64,000 bases of DNA from a virus, in IMG/VR virus record IMGVR_UViG_3300031519_008107, positions 1 through 64,000 of that record. The stretch is one strand, 5' to 3'. A program made the position numbers and the translations under genes. The notes below the pieces were generated by a model. That model did not search any database. It was not told where the DNA came from and worked only from the letters and a program-made list of their open reading frames with translations. Below are positions 18,658 to 29,468 of this stretch, piece after piece (the first letter of the stretch is position 1; each line of letters starts with the position of its first letter).

Positions 18658-19404
18658 ATGCAGGACATTACGGCTTTAAAAGCTGGACTTAATAAATTAA
18701 GTAGATGTAAAGACAAAATAAAATCTTTACATAATATACATAAAGGTGAGACATGCTATGTTCTAGGATGTGGGCCATCTTTGAAAGATTATAACTTAGA
18801 GCAACTAGAAGAAGTTCTAAGGGATAATTGTGTTATATCTATTAAGCAAGCATTCTTTACTGACCCAGCTCTTATAGATTATCATATAATTAATGATAAT
18901 AATCTTATGACATATCCTGATTTGGATTCTGTTATTAGATTTGTAAGTTGCAGGCTGGAAGGAACAGCAGAACAAGTATCAAAGTTAGCTAAATGGGATG
19001 TATTCACTCCTATAGAGCAAGATCAAGATTTTTCTAAGGCTTTATGTAATAGTTTAGATTTTGATAATTATACTTTAGATAATAAGTATGAAAGACCTTG
19101 GGGACCGGGATTAATTGCAGAACTTGTTTTTTACCTAGCACACCACTTAGGTTTTTCTAATATCATTACTCTAGGTTGGGATCATGAGAAACCCGGAACT
19201 ACAACATCTCACCACTTCTATGACCACGCACTAAGCACTGAACAATTGGTCAACCCAGCTAGTAAAATGTTAGATGACGAGATATCTAGAAATATTAATA
19301 TGAGTAAGGAGTGGTACTTATGGCTCAAAGGTCGTGGTGTTAATCTTTCTACTATTTCTAAAAATTCTTACATTCATGAAATTATTCCAAGGGTAAGTTT
19401 ATGA
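18658..19404 (+). CDS. Maf/DUF115-type nonulosonate transferase-like protein
   Basis: HKGETCYVLGCGPSL, LAHHLGF.NI..LGWD...HFY. Confidence 0.75.
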   Translation: MQDITALKAGLNKLSRCKDKIKSLHNIHKGETCYVLGCGPSLKDYNLEQLEEVLRDNCVISIKQAFFTDPALIDYHIINDNNLMTYPDLDSVIRFVSCRLEGTAEQVSKLAKWDVFTPIEQDQDFSKALCNSLDFDNYTLDNKYERPWGPGLIAELVFYLAHHLGFSNIITLGWDHEKPGTTTSHHFYDHALSTEQLVNPASKMLDDEISRNINMSKEWYLWLKGRGVNLSTISKNSYIHEIIPRVSL

Positions 19405-20234
19405 ACCCAACTTATATTATAGCTGAAATTGGTATTAACCATAATGGTAGTATGGATATAGCTAAAAAGCTAATTGATGTTGCTGCATTTGCTGGTTGCA
19501 ATGCTGTGAAATTCCAAAAACGTAATCCGATTTTATGCGTACCAGAACATCAAAAAAACCAACCCAAAGATACTCCTTGGGGTCAGATGACCTATCTAGA
19601 ATACAAAGACCGTATGGAGTTTAGTCAGATACAGTATGACTGCATTGATAAACATTGCAAAGATAAAGGCATATCTTGGTCAGCAAGTCCTTGGGATTTA
19701 GATAGTCTAAAGTTTTTAAATCAATATGATGTACCATTTATTAAAATCCCCTCTGCCATGTTGACTAATTATAAGTTACTCCAAGCTAGTTGTGACACTG
19801 GTAAACAAATCATCCTATCCACAGGTATGAGTACAGTTCAAGAGATAGATCAAGCTGTTGAGATTTTGCAGAGGAATACAAAAGACTTTGTTATACTACA
19901 TTGCAATTCATCATACCCAGCCGCATTAGAAGACTTAAATTTACAATGTATCAAAACACTCAAAACTAGGTATGGTTGCAAAACAGGCTATAGTGGTCAT
20001 GAGTTCAGGTTGGGAACATCTGTAGCTGCCATATATTTAGGGGCTACTATGATAGAAAGACATATTACTTTAGATAGATCTATGTGGGGCTCAGACCATC
20101 TAGCCTCTGTAGAACCTCAAGGATTGATAAAATTAGTAAAAGGCATTAGAGAACTTGAGATTGCTTTAGGAAACGGTAAGATAGAAATAACTGACAGTGA
20201 ATTAAAACCGAGGAAAAAGCTTAGAGGATATTAG
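19401..20234 (+). CDS. neuB: nonulosonic acid synthase, short form without SAF domain
   Basis: IIAEIGINHNG, AVKFQKR, KIPS, STGM, LHC.S.YP, GYSGH, IERHITL, GSDH.AS. Confidence 0.93.
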   Translation: MNPTYIIAEIGINHNGSMDIAKKLIDVAAFAGCNAVKFQKRNPILCVPEHQKNQPKDTPWGQMTYLEYKDRMEFSQIQYDCIDKHCKDKGISWSASPWDLDSLKFLNQYDVPFIKIPSAMLTNYKLLQASCDTGKQIILSTGMSTVQEIDQAVEILQRNTKDFVILHCNSSYPAALEDLNLQCIKTLKTRYGCKTGYSGHEFRLGTSVAAIYLGATMIERHITLDRSMWGSDHLASVEPQGLIKLVKGIRELEIALGNGKIEITDSELKPRKKLRGY

Positions 20235-20236
20235 AG

Positions 20237-21217
20237 ATGAATTTTAAAGGACAGAAAATTCTTATCACAGGTGGAACCGGCACACTTGGTAAGGCTTTGG
20301 TTAAGAGAATTGTAGAAGGTCAAGGTCATCCTATTGTCTATAGTAGAGATGAAGGTAAACAAGCACTGTTTTTTGGTAATACTAATATTACTAAAATCAT
20401 TGGTGATATTAGAGATTTTGATAAACTTAACACTTCTCTAATTAGACACAAACCAGACATCATCATTCACACGGCTGCACTTAAAAGAATTGATGATATG
20501 GAAATGTATCCAGATGAATGTATAAAAACAAACATTCAAGGCTCAGAAAATGTAGCTAAGGCAGCACTAAGGAATGATATTACTAAATGTATTTTAATTT
20601 CTACAGATAAGGCGTGTCAACCTGTCAATGTTTATGGTTCTTCTAAATTTATAGCTGAACGTGTGTTTACTAATTATGACTACAGTTCAAGTAAAACCGT
20701 ATTTGCATCAGTCAGGTATGGTAATGTTATCTGTAGTAGAGGATCTTTTATCCCTTTATGGTTAGAATTAATTGAAAATAATAAAAATATTAGAGTAACC
20801 TCTATGGATATGACAAGATTTTTGTTTACAATCCAAGATGCGGTTGATACTGTTCTCGATGCTGTCGAATGCTGTGAAGGGGGAGAAGTTTTTATTCCTC
20901 AGATTAATTCATTCGGTATGGAGACTATTATAAAAGCATTAGAACATATGACTCAAAATAAAATTAACTATGAAGTTATGGGGTTAAGACCGGGAGAAAA
21001 GCTACATGAAGATATGTTAGCAGAAACTGAGTTAGATTTTACATACAAAGTACCAGACAAGAATCTTTTATCTGTTAGACCACAGTATTCTAATAGAAGT
21101 TATCAGTCATGGCAAAAATATACAGGACCACATTTTAATTCAGCACTGCATATCAGTAATGATTATAATAGTTTATCTAATTTAATTAGTAAAGGATCTG
21201 AGGAAAGCGAAGACTAA
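20237..21217 (+). CDS. pseB: UDP-GlcNAc 4,6-dehydratase (PseB/FlaA1 family)
   Basis: TGGTGTLG, SRDE.KQ, HTAALK, STDKA..P.N.YG.SK, RYGNV..SRGS, MTRF, RPGEKLHE. Confidence 0.85.
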   Translation: MNFKGQKILITGGTGTLGKALVKRIVEGQGHPIVYSRDEGKQALFFGNTNITKIIGDIRDFDKLNTSLIRHKPDIIIHTAALKRIDDMEMYPDECIKTNIQGSENVAKAALRNDITKCILISTDKACQPVNVYGSSKFIAERVFTNYDYSSSKTVFASVRYGNVICSRGSFIPLWLELIENNKNIRVTSMDMTRFLFTIQDAVDTVLDAVECCEGGEVFIPQINSFGMETIIKALEHMTQNKINYEVMGLRPGEKLHEDMLAETELDFTYKVPDKNLLSVRPQYSNRSYQSWQKYTGPHFNSALHISNDYNSLSNLISKGSEESED

Positions 21218-22551
21218 TGAAAGTAACACATATCGCTTCAGCTACAGTTTTGATAGAACATAAAGATACCAAGATTTTAACAGACCCTTGGTTCGTAGGA
21301 AATGAATATTATGGATCATGGACACACTATCCTCCGATAGATGTAGACTGGAAAATGTTTGATGATGTAGACTATATCTATATATCACATATTCATCCAG
21401 ACCACATGAGCAAAGAAACTCTAGAGAATATTAATGAAGATATTCCTATACTCATTCATACTTATGAAGAAAAATTTGTTAAAAAGAACCTAGAAAGCTG
21501 GGGAAGAAAAGTTATCGAACTTCCTCATGGAGAAAAGTTTGAATGTGGAGATGGATTAAATATTCATATCTATGCAGCAGATAACTGCAACCCCGAAGAA
21601 TGTTATAAATTCTTTGGTTGTGGAAAGATGGAAAGTAAGATGGGTTCTACAGGTATAGACACTATGGCTGTTATAGAAAATGGCGATCAGACTATATTAA
21701 ATGTTAACGACTGCCCGTTTCTTCTGTCTACGAAGACGTTAGATGTTGTACTTGGAAACCATCCAGCTATTGATCTACTGTTAGTCGGTTATGCTGGGGC
21801 AGGATGTTATCCTCAATGTTGGGAGAATTACACTGTTTCAGAAAAGCTGGAAGTGTATGGACCTCAAAAGAAGTTACACTTTTTAAATATGGGTAAGCAA
21901 TATATAGATAAAATTAAACCTAAATATTATATTCCATTTGCGGGAACTTATACGTTGAGAGGTAAGTTTGCTTATCTAGAAAAATATAGGGTAGTACCTG
22001 AACTACAAGACGCTTTAGAATTCTATCAAAAACGATGTCCTTTTGCATCAGGACTACTATTAAATTCTTTAGAGTCTTTTAATTTGGAAACAGGTAAAGC
22101 TTCTAAGAAGTATGAGTCAATAGATATTAATGAAAAACTAAAATATGTAGAAGAAGTCTTGTCACAGTATAAATATGATTATGAATCTGATGATGATGTA
22201 ACATTAGATCAATTCCTTGAACTAATAGATAGTGCGTATAGTAGATATAATGCTAAAAGAGAGCAACTAAACTTCAGCACATCAACAAATATATATATCT
22301 ATCTACCAGATAATAAAATGGCTCTTGTCTCTTGTTCTGGTAAGGGTTACTCTATAATAGATGAAAAAGATTTTGATGATGATAACTATGTAACATACAG
22401 ACTAGATCCTAAACTTTTGCGTAGAATATTGAGAGGTCCAAGATATTCTCACTGGAATAATGCAGAAGTAGGTTCTCATATATTATTTTCTCGCAAACCA
22501 GAGAAATATGAAAGACCACTATACTTTTGCATGAACTACTTCCACATATAA
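21217..22551 (+). CDS. MBL-fold protein resembling CMP-Neu5Ac hydroxylase catalytic domain (no Rieske domain)
   Basis: DPW..G..Y.GSW, YIYISHIHPDH, DT..V......ILN.NDC, YAGAG.YP, YIPFAG. Confidence 0.75.
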   Translation: MKVTHIASATVLIEHKDTKILTDPWFVGNEYYGSWTHYPPIDVDWKMFDDVDYIYISHIHPDHMSKETLENINEDIPILIHTYEEKFVKKNLESWGRKVIELPHGEKFECGDGLNIHIYAADNCNPEECYKFFGCGKMESKMGSTGIDTMAVIENGDQTILNVNDCPFLLSTKTLDVVLGNHPAIDLLLVGYAGAGCYPQCWENYTVSEKLEVYGPQKKLHFLNMGKQYIDKIKPKYYIPFAGTYTLRGKFAYLEKYRVVPELQDALEFYQKRCPFASGLLLNSLESFNLETGKASKKYESIDINEKLKYVEEVLSQYKYDYESDDDVTLDQFLELIDSAYSRYNAKREQLNFSTSTNIYIYLPDNKMALVSCSGKGYSIIDEKDFDDDNYVTYRLDPKLLRRILRGPRYSHWNNAEVGSHILFSRKPEKYERPLYFCMNYFHI

Positions 22552-22558
22552 TATAAAT

Positions 22559-23554
22559 ATGAAATTATTTGCAAGCAACATCAGTGAAGAAGATACAGAT
22601 ATAATAAGTGAAGTTATTAGGTCTGGAGATTTAGGTTTCGGCTCTAATGTTCCGCTGTTTGAAGAGGCTTTCTCGTTTTTTTCCAACAAACAACACAATA
22701 TATCTACAAGTTCAGCATCAGCGTCTGCTTTTATTCTGTTTGCATATATGCAAGAAAAGTATGGATCATGTAATCTATATACAACATCTTTAGGTTTTAC
22801 CTCTCCATTATGGGCAGCAAGACATTTTGGACATACTATTCATTTTGTAGACGTTGACGACAACCTACAATTTTCATCCAAACATTATCATACTCTTAGA
22901 GAACAGACATCATCTAGGAAAACAATAGTCATGCCTGTATTGTATGGAGGCGTATCTAATATTGATAACTTTAACTTGTTTGGAGACGAAATAGTTATAG
23001 TAGATAGCGCCCACTGCGTTACACCTACTATAAATGCTGATTATACATTCTTTTCTTTTCATCCATACAAACCAATATGTGCGTCAGACGGAGGAATGAT
23101 TGCTACTGATGATAAGCAAGCTGCTGATTATTGTAGATCATACAAAAATTTCGGTAGAGAACCTGAAGGCAATGCATATACTATCAAAAAAGATGGTTTT
23201 AAATTTTATATGAATAATTTAAATGCTACGATAGCACTGTCTCAATTAAAAAAATATACAAATAACCTAAAGCATAGACAAGAAAATTTCAAAAAACTTC
23301 AAAATAAATTTGATTTACTTAACCATGATGATAAATCTTCTTACTATTTTGCTACATCTATTACGGATGAAGCTGACAAGATTGTGGATAAGCACAAAAT
23401 AGCTAGACACTACCCTATGTTACACATGATGGATTTTTATAAGAATGGTCAACAATCATTTCGTAAATTACATAATCTAGAAAAACTACACAGTAAAATA
23501 CTAAACTTACCATTATATACAGATATAGATTATGAAAACATTTGTAATAGCTGA
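22559..23554 (+). CDS. pseC: DegT/DnrJ sugar aminotransferase (PseC-like)
   Basis: DSAH, FSFHPYKPI..DGG PLP-lysine motif. Confidence 0.8.
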   Translation: MKLFASNISEEDTDIISEVIRSGDLGFGSNVPLFEEAFSFFSNKQHNISTSSASASAFILFAYMQEKYGSCNLYTTSLGFTSPLWAARHFGHTIHFVDVDDNLQFSSKHYHTLREQTSSRKTIVMPVLYGGVSNIDNFNLFGDEIVIVDSAHCVTPTINADYTFFSFHPYKPICASDGGMIATDDKQAADYCRSYKNFGREPEGNAYTIKKDGFKFYMNNLNATIALSQLKKYTNNLKHRQENFKKLQNKFDLLNHDDKSSYYFATSITDEADKIVDKHKIARHYPMLHMMDFYKNGQQSFRKLHNLEKLHSKILNLPLYTDIDYENICNS

Positions 23555-24581
23555 AGCTGGAGCAAACCACGACAGAAAGTTTGAACAAGCAATAAATTTA
23601 ATAGATGTTGCTAAAGGTGCTGGTGCAAGTGCTGTTAAGTTTCAAACCTATTCATCGGAAACATTATATAGTAAAAATACTCCGGACTTTGCTGGCTATA
23701 AAAATATTAATAAATTAATTAAAAATATAGAACTGCCTAGAGCATGGCAAAAAGAACTTAAAGGATATTGCGACTATGCTGGTATAGAATTTATGTCTAC
23801 CCCATTTGACGAGTCAGCAGTAGAAGAGTTAGTTGATCTAGGAGTTAAAAGGCTTAAAATTTCTGGCTTTGAATCTACTGATCCTAGATTTGTAAGAATG
23901 GTAGCCTCCACAAAACTACCTATTATATTTTCTGCTGGCATAGGATCTACACTTAAATCAATACAAGAAACTATTAGTATTATTAGACAAGAGTATGAAG
24001 AAGCAGATATAACAGTACTGCACTGTAATAATGCTTATCCAACACCGATTGAAGACATTAATCTTAATCAATTAGACAAAATCAAAGAACAGTTCCTACC
24101 TGCCAAAATGGGAGGTATTTGGTTTAGGAATTATGGTACAGACCAAGCTATTAAAATGGGACTGTCAGATCATACTTTAGAAGCATTTACACCGTCACTG
24201 GCTGTAGCAAAGGGAGCTACCTGTATTGAAAAACATTTTACCTTATGTAATCATCTAGAGGGTCCGGACCATAAGTTCGCTATGCCTCCTGAAAAACTTA
24301 GAATAATGATAGATATGATTAAAGAAGCTGAATTGATGTGTAAGTCTACTAATCATGATGTTACAAATAGCGAAAAAGAATTTACCAAAGCTATGAGATC
24401 TGTGGTAGCCTCTCAGGATATAAAAAAAGGAGAAAGATTAACTTTGCAGAATTTAACTACCAAAAGACCGTTTTTAGAAAATTGTATTGCCGCTAAGGAT
24501 TACTATAATATTATAGGTAATATGGCTGAGTGTGATATTGAGACAGATAAAATTTTAGAGGAATCGGATGTTAGAAGGTAA
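23532..24581 (+). CDS. pseI: nonulosonic acid synthase with C-terminal SAF domain (PseI/LegI-like)
   Basis: IAEAGANH, VKFQT, STPFD, LHC..YP, GLSDH, EKHFT, GPDH, RS.VA..DIK.GE. Confidence 0.82.
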   Translation: MKTFVIAEAGANHDRKFEQAINLIDVAKGAGASAVKFQTYSSETLYSKNTPDFAGYKNINKLIKNIELPRAWQKELKGYCDYAGIEFMSTPFDESAVEELVDLGVKRLKISGFESTDPRFVRMVASTKLPIIFSAGIGSTLKSIQETISIIRQEYEEADITVLHCNNAYPTPIEDINLNQLDKIKEQFLPAKMGGIWFRNYGTDQAIKMGLSDHTLEAFTPSLAVAKGATCIEKHFTLCNHLEGPDHKFAMPPEKLRIMIDMIKEAELMCKSTNHDVTNSEKEFTKAMRSVVASQDIKKGERLTLQNLTTKRPFLENCIAAKDYYNIIGNMAECDIETDKILEESDVRR

Positions 24582-25092
24582 AAAATCGTGTCTTACAGCA
24601 GTAAACGAAGATTCGTTAGATCAACTTCGTGAATGGCGTAACGATCCTGATATGAGGCAGTACTTTAGAGAGTACCGTGAAATCAGTGATACCATGCAAA
24701 AAAACTGGTATAATAACATTGCGTCTGATCCTAATCAGGTAAACTTTGAAATTCATGATAAAGATACAAATACACTAATCGGTCATTGCGGTCTATATTA
24801 TATCAATTGGATTGCTAGACACGCAGAGTTTGGTATATACATAGGTCATCCTCATTACAAAGGTGGTGGTTATGGCTCAGATGCTTTGCGTATTTTAATT
24901 CAGTATGGGTTTACAGAACTAAATCTTAATAAGATTTGGTGTGAAGTATATAGCAACAATCAGGCTTTAGATATTTATAGACATATTGGATTTCAGGACG
25001 AAGGTATTTTACGAAAACATCATTTTACTCGTGGTAAATATTGGGATTCTTTAATGTTATCAATATTAAAAAATGAGTTTACATATGAATGA
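24568..25092 (+). CDS. pseH: GNAT N-acetyltransferase (PseH-like)
   Basis: WRNDP, AEFGIYIG, GGGYG, N..A..Y...GF..EG.LR. Confidence 0.75.
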   Translation: MLEGKKSCLTAVNEDSLDQLREWRNDPDMRQYFREYREISDTMQKNWYNNIASDPNQVNFEIHDKDTNTLIGHCGLYYINWIARHAEFGIYIGHPHYKGGGYGSDALRILIQYGFTELNLNKIWCEVYSNNQALDIYRHIGFQDEGILRKHHFTRGKYWDSLMLSILKNEFTYE

Positions 25093-26206
25093 AGAACAAT
25101 TTAAAAAGATACAGCCATATTTATGCAAAGCTAAACCCAAACCCAAAAAAAAAGAGAAGGAGGCTTCTTTATATATAAATAATAAGGGTATTGGAGTTAT
25201 AACGAACCAGTCAGAATCTGTTGAAAAGTTGTATGATGCTGTGCTTAATAGACAAGACCAAGACAAAGAAGAGTTTCTTAGTAAATATAACATAAAAGAT
25301 CTAGATGTAGTAAAAAAACTTTTGATAGTAGGCCCTTCTCATGATACTAAAACATATAATGCAGACTTTTTTAAACGACAGAAGGATGAAGGATATTACA
25401 TTTTAGCATTTAGTGGAGCAATGGAACATTTTGCAACAATAGAGTATGCTCCTGATTTTTTTTCATTTTCTGACCCAACTAGTTGGAATAAAATTTACTC
25501 TCGACTTAGGGAAAAATGCGGAGTCAATTTTCATAATAGTACGATTCCTAACAATACTTCTCTGATATTTTTAGACATGTATGAAGATTTTATAGAATTA
25601 GGCTTCTCGACCTCTGCTTCTAAGTTGAACGAAGGGATACCAAATTCAATATCAATCTATCCTACTTGGTCTAAATGTTTTGATAAATGTTACTCAAAAC
25701 CGGTCAATCAAAGCATGATATGCTCACATGCAATGCCCTTGGGTGTCTTCTGGAGAGACGAATTAATGGTTTATCAGGGGGACAGAAAATATGAACATAG
25801 AAAAGCTAAGTATAATATAGATAAATTTTCTGCTTTTCTCCTTCCTACAATTATAAACTATTGCATTAATTTAAAGGATATTAGAGTTTTAGGTTTTGGA
25901 GAATTTAATACTGGACGAGCTGCTCATGGAGAACAGGGAAATAAATTGGGATTTTTTGAGTACTTACGATCATTCATATTAATGTCAGACAAGATTAAAT
26001 TAAATTTACAGAAATATGGAATTAAACTTAATTTTCTGTCAAACCAATCTATTTACCATTGGATATCAACACTTAATAATGTACCTAGTAAACATTTAGT
26101 AAGTGCGTGTGATAGTCCTCCTAAATTTTTTACTAAAGAATATCTTGAGAGCATTAAACATGTAGAATCAGAAAACGTATTACATATAGGGGACTTTTAT
26201 TCGTGA
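25073..26206 (+). CDS. Maf/sialyltransferase-like protein (divergent)
   Basis: LLIVGPS, PDFF..D, I.VLGF; cluster context. Confidence 0.5.
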   Translation: MSLHMNEEQFKKIQPYLCKAKPKPKKKEKEASLYINNKGIGVITNQSESVEKLYDAVLNRQDQDKEEFLSKYNIKDLDVVKKLLIVGPSHDTKTYNADFFKRQKDEGYYILAFSGAMEHFATIEYAPDFFSFSDPTSWNKIYSRLREKCGVNFHNSTIPNNTSLIFLDMYEDFIELGFSTSASKLNEGIPNSISIYPTWSKCFDKCYSKPVNQSMICSHAMPLGVFWRDELMVYQGDRKYEHRKAKYNIDKFSAFLLPTIINYCINLKDIRVLGFGEFNTGRAAHGEQGNKLGFFEYLRSFILMSDKIKLNLQKYGIKLNFLSNQSIYHWISTLNNVPSKHLVSACDSPPKFFTKEYLESIKHVESENVLHIGDFYS

Positions 26207-27066
26207 TATGGTCAACTCAAAAAAACGAACTACAAAATGAACTACAAGAATGTTCATTTGTATCTAATGTTCATGACTTTATTAATGATAAGTATAAAGG
26301 TGAATCATATATCAAAGAGAGAATTGATTACTCTCAAAACAAACAATATGATTTGTTTATCGACAATGAAGCTATATATCAACAACATCCTTTTTTTTCT
26401 ACTATAAAAGATAAAAAGATTTTAGTATTAGGGGGAGGACCATCGGGTAAACAAAATTTTAATACTGATGATTATGATCATGTAGTAACATGTAATCATT
26501 TTTTCCTGAATAATCAGTTTGCAGATATGGATTTCTCTATAGTATTCTTGGGAGACGAAATAGACTTATCATCTCCCGTATTAAATCAATATCTATATAC
26601 TCATAGAGACACACACATTTGTTTTGAAAATCGATCTATAACATCTTTCTGGCAACCCTTTTGTAGTAAATATCCAGATAGAATTTCTTTTGCTCATTCT
26701 AGATATCATTCCAGAGTAGGGGCTATATGTAGAATCATTGCTTTGTTGTGTATTTTAAAAGCTAGGCAAATTGATGTTGCTGGTATGGATGGTTATATAA
26801 CAAAAGATAATAAAAAAGTATATACAAATAGTTTTCAACCCGAGAAACCTCAGAGCGACAAAGGTTCTGAAAGTCAAATTGTGACAAAATACGAAGAACA
26901 ATATTTGACTTTTTGGGATTATGTATTACATGATATTGGTAAAGAAACAAGATTTACAAATTTAGGCTATGGTTACGGATGTAATTTTAGTCACAAAGTA
27001 CTACAGTCGAAACTAGGAGAAGATTATCCGGACTACCTGCTTAATCCTGAGAAAAGAAATAAATGA
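26203..27066 (+). CDS. Maf/GT29/GT42-like nonulosonate transferase
   Basis: KKILVLGGGPS, CNHF, I..AGMDG. Confidence 0.6.
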   Translation: MIWSTQKNELQNELQECSFVSNVHDFINDKYKGESYIKERIDYSQNKQYDLFIDNEAIYQQHPFFSTIKDKKILVLGGGPSGKQNFNTDDYDHVVTCNHFFLNNQFADMDFSIVFLGDEIDLSSPVLNQYLYTHRDTHICFENRSITSFWQPFCSKYPDRISFAHSRYHSRVGAICRIIALLCILKARQIDVAGMDGYITKDNKKVYTNSFQPEKPQSDKGSESQIVTKYEEQYLTFWDYVLHDIGKETRFTNLGYGYGCNFSHKVLQSKLGEDYPDYLLNPEKRNK

Positions 27067-27746
27067 AAAATATTGAAGACGTAGCTGTAATAGTACAAGC
27101 CAGATTGTCATCTCAACGATGTCCTAGAAAAATGATTCGTGATTTTAATGGTACAACATTAATGGATATTTGTTTATCAAAATTGTCTGATAGTACCATA
27201 CCTAATAAAAATATTTGGTTGTCAGTATATGAGCCAGAACTTATAGAACTGTGTTCTAAGTATCCTTTAAATATATTTACTAGAAGTGAACGATCTGCTA
27301 TGTCAGAAGGTTCCCCTATGACTGAAATATATGAATGGTGGAATAAAATACCCCATAAATACGTTGTGCTTGTTAACGCCTGCTCTCCATTTATGACATT
27401 AAATACTATAGAAAAATTTTACTTTGATTATTGCAATTCTGATAAAGATGGCATGTTTGGTGTGATAGAAAAAAAGAATTATTTTTGGGATGAAAACAAT
27501 AATTTTTTAACACCGCTTTCTGAAAGCGTTATGAATACTAAAACTGCTAATACAATTAAAGAAGCAGCACATTGTCTATATGCTGGTAAACTTGACAGTA
27601 TTGGAGAAGGTATATGGATGGGTAATTTTAATACGTTTGGAGATATAGAATTATATTCTATGCCTGAGATCGAGGCTTTTGATATAGATTATGAGTGGGA
27701 GTTTAATACATATGAACAGTTATGGAAAGAGATAGGGGTAAAATAA
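27063..27746 (+). CDS. neuA: CMP-nonulosonate synthetase (NeuA/PseF cytidylyltransferase)
   Basis: QARLSSQRCPRK, SPF, DIDYEWEF. Confidence 0.85.
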   Translation: MKNIEDVAVIVQARLSSQRCPRKMIRDFNGTTLMDICLSKLSDSTIPNKNIWLSVYEPELIELCSKYPLNIFTRSERSAMSEGSPMTEIYEWWNKIPHKYVVLVNACSPFMTLNTIEKFYFDYCNSDKDGMFGVIEKKNYFWDENNNFLTPLSESVMNTKTANTIKEAAHCLYAGKLDSIGEGIWMGNFNTFGDIELYSMPEIEAFDIDYEWEFNTYEQLWKEIGVK

Positions 27747-28537
27747 TGAAAACAGCATTTTGTTATTCTGGACAATTGAATGGTTTCAATAAAGCTTTTT
27801 CTACAATGGAGTACCATGTTTTAACACCTGACATGGATATGTATGCTTTATCTTCTGATTTAGTATCGCAAAGGGTTAATTTAAATGCTAGTCTACCACA
27901 ATCAGGAAAAGTTCATCAATACTGTCCTGCTGGAGTTGGTTGGAGAAAAAATCAACCTGAATATGGGATTATATATCCAGTACCAGAAAAATTTGTTCAA
28001 AGTTTGATCAATAATATTTTAGGAAAATATAATCTTACAAGTAAAATTCTACATGAAGATTTAAAAGAATCATTAGAAGATCAAAATCTTACTAAGTGGC
28101 AATGGCTACGAAAAAGACAGTTATACAAACTATATGAATGTAATAATCTTCTTCCAGAAAATACCTACGATATTGTTGTACGGTCTAGATTTGAACTAGC
28201 CCCTATGATAAATGTGGATATCGAAAAGATAGTAGAGGCTCACGATAATATAGATAACAAGATATTTCTATTTGGCGGATGGGACTGTGTTGCTCCTATG
28301 ATTTTTATGGATAAATACATGTGTGATGGATTTGCTTTTGGCAGTCAAAATTCTATGAATATTTTTACATCTTTATATCTACAAGAAGAAGCGTATCCAT
28401 ACGATCCTAAGTACGAAGATTGCTGGCTACAATATGGAGACAATGTAGAATATCAATTTCAAGAACATTTAAAAGCCCATAATATAGAAATAGTTTATAT
28501 TAATAATAAAAGAACATCATATCACAACTGGAGATAA
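27746..28537 (+). CDS. putative glycosyltransferase-like protein
   Basis: AFCYSGQ, YDIVVRSRFE, DGFAFG pattern recalled from viral glycan clusters. Confidence 0.55.
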   Translation: MKTAFCYSGQLNGFNKAFSTMEYHVLTPDMDMYALSSDLVSQRVNLNASLPQSGKVHQYCPAGVGWRKNQPEYGIIYPVPEKFVQSLINNILGKYNLTSKILHEDLKESLEDQNLTKWQWLRKRQLYKLYECNNLLPENTYDIVVRSRFELAPMINVDIEKIVEAHDNIDNKIFLFGGWDCVAPMIFMDKYMCDGFAFGSQNSMNIFTSLYLQEEAYPYDPKYEDCWLQYGDNVEYQFQEHLKAHNIEIVYINNKRTSYHNWR

Positions 28538-28538
28538 T

Positions 28539-29468
28539 ATGATCACATATTTAGATAAATTCACTATAGAACAAAAAAATATTTTTAAAGATATTACAGG
28601 TAATACTATAGAAGAGCTAGAGTCTGAAATTAATGCGTCAGGAAGTCAAGCTTGGTCTATAATTTTATCTAACCAAAAGTTTATAGAGGCACCTGCGTTA
28701 AATTCTAAAGGATTACATATATATAGAATATTGTTGTCATATAATATTTACAGCAATAGAATACCAACAGTGGAAAATGATGAAGATAAACCCAACGGTT
28801 ACATAGACTATCCTAAAATGTTTGCCAATAATGGGTTTATATATATTAGAAACTTTGTCACTGATGAGAATCTAGAGTATTTAAAAAGTGTCGTAGACGA
28901 CATGCGTACAAATAGTCAGCCATCAAGAAATCTTAATTTTACTGACGCAATTAGAGATCCCCAAGCCAATGCTTTTTTTCAATCGCTGCTTGGTGTTCCT
29001 CATTTTGGTTCTGATGGCGATAACGGATATCCGAGGACTCAAATGTGGCACTATAAACATACTACGGATGACCCTCAATATAAATGGCATACAGATACTT
29101 TTCAGCCTACATTAAAGTGTTGGCTATATATAGATAAAATCACGGAAGAAAATGGAGCTTTAAGTTTAGTACCTCAATCCAGCTTACCTGTATCCAATAG
29201 AATTGCATGGGATTATGAAAGATCACTAGACCCTAATGCTAAGGATAAGTCTTTTAGACTATCAGAGTTTGGTACAGAAGAAGATGAAGAACAAGCTATT
29301 AAAGATAATGGTTTTGATGATCCTATAACTATGCAAGGGCCAGCCAATACTTTTATTGCTTTAAACACATACGGCTTTCACAAAAGAGGGAAGAGTCAAC
29401 CGGGAGTAGAGCGTAATAGTTTATCTCTACAATACAGACCTATGGCATTTAGCGATTATAAATCATGA
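28539..29468 (+). CDS. PhyH-family 2OG-Fe(II) dioxygenase
   Basis: WHTD (HxD), ENG.L..VP.S, FHKRG, R. Confidence 0.82.
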   Translation: MITYLDKFTIEQKNIFKDITGNTIEELESEINASGSQAWSIILSNQKFIEAPALNSKGLHIYRILLSYNIYSNRIPTVENDEDKPNGYIDYPKMFANNGFIYIRNFVTDENLEYLKSVVDDMRTNSQPSRNLNFTDAIRDPQANAFFQSLLGVPHFGSDGDNGYPRTQMWHYKHTTDDPQYKWHTDTFQPTLKCWLYIDKITEENGALSLVPQSSLPVSNRIAWDYERSLDPNAKDKSFRLSEFGTEEDEEQAIKDNGFDDPITMQGPANTFIALNTYGFHKRGKSQPGVERNSLSLQYRPMAFSDYKS

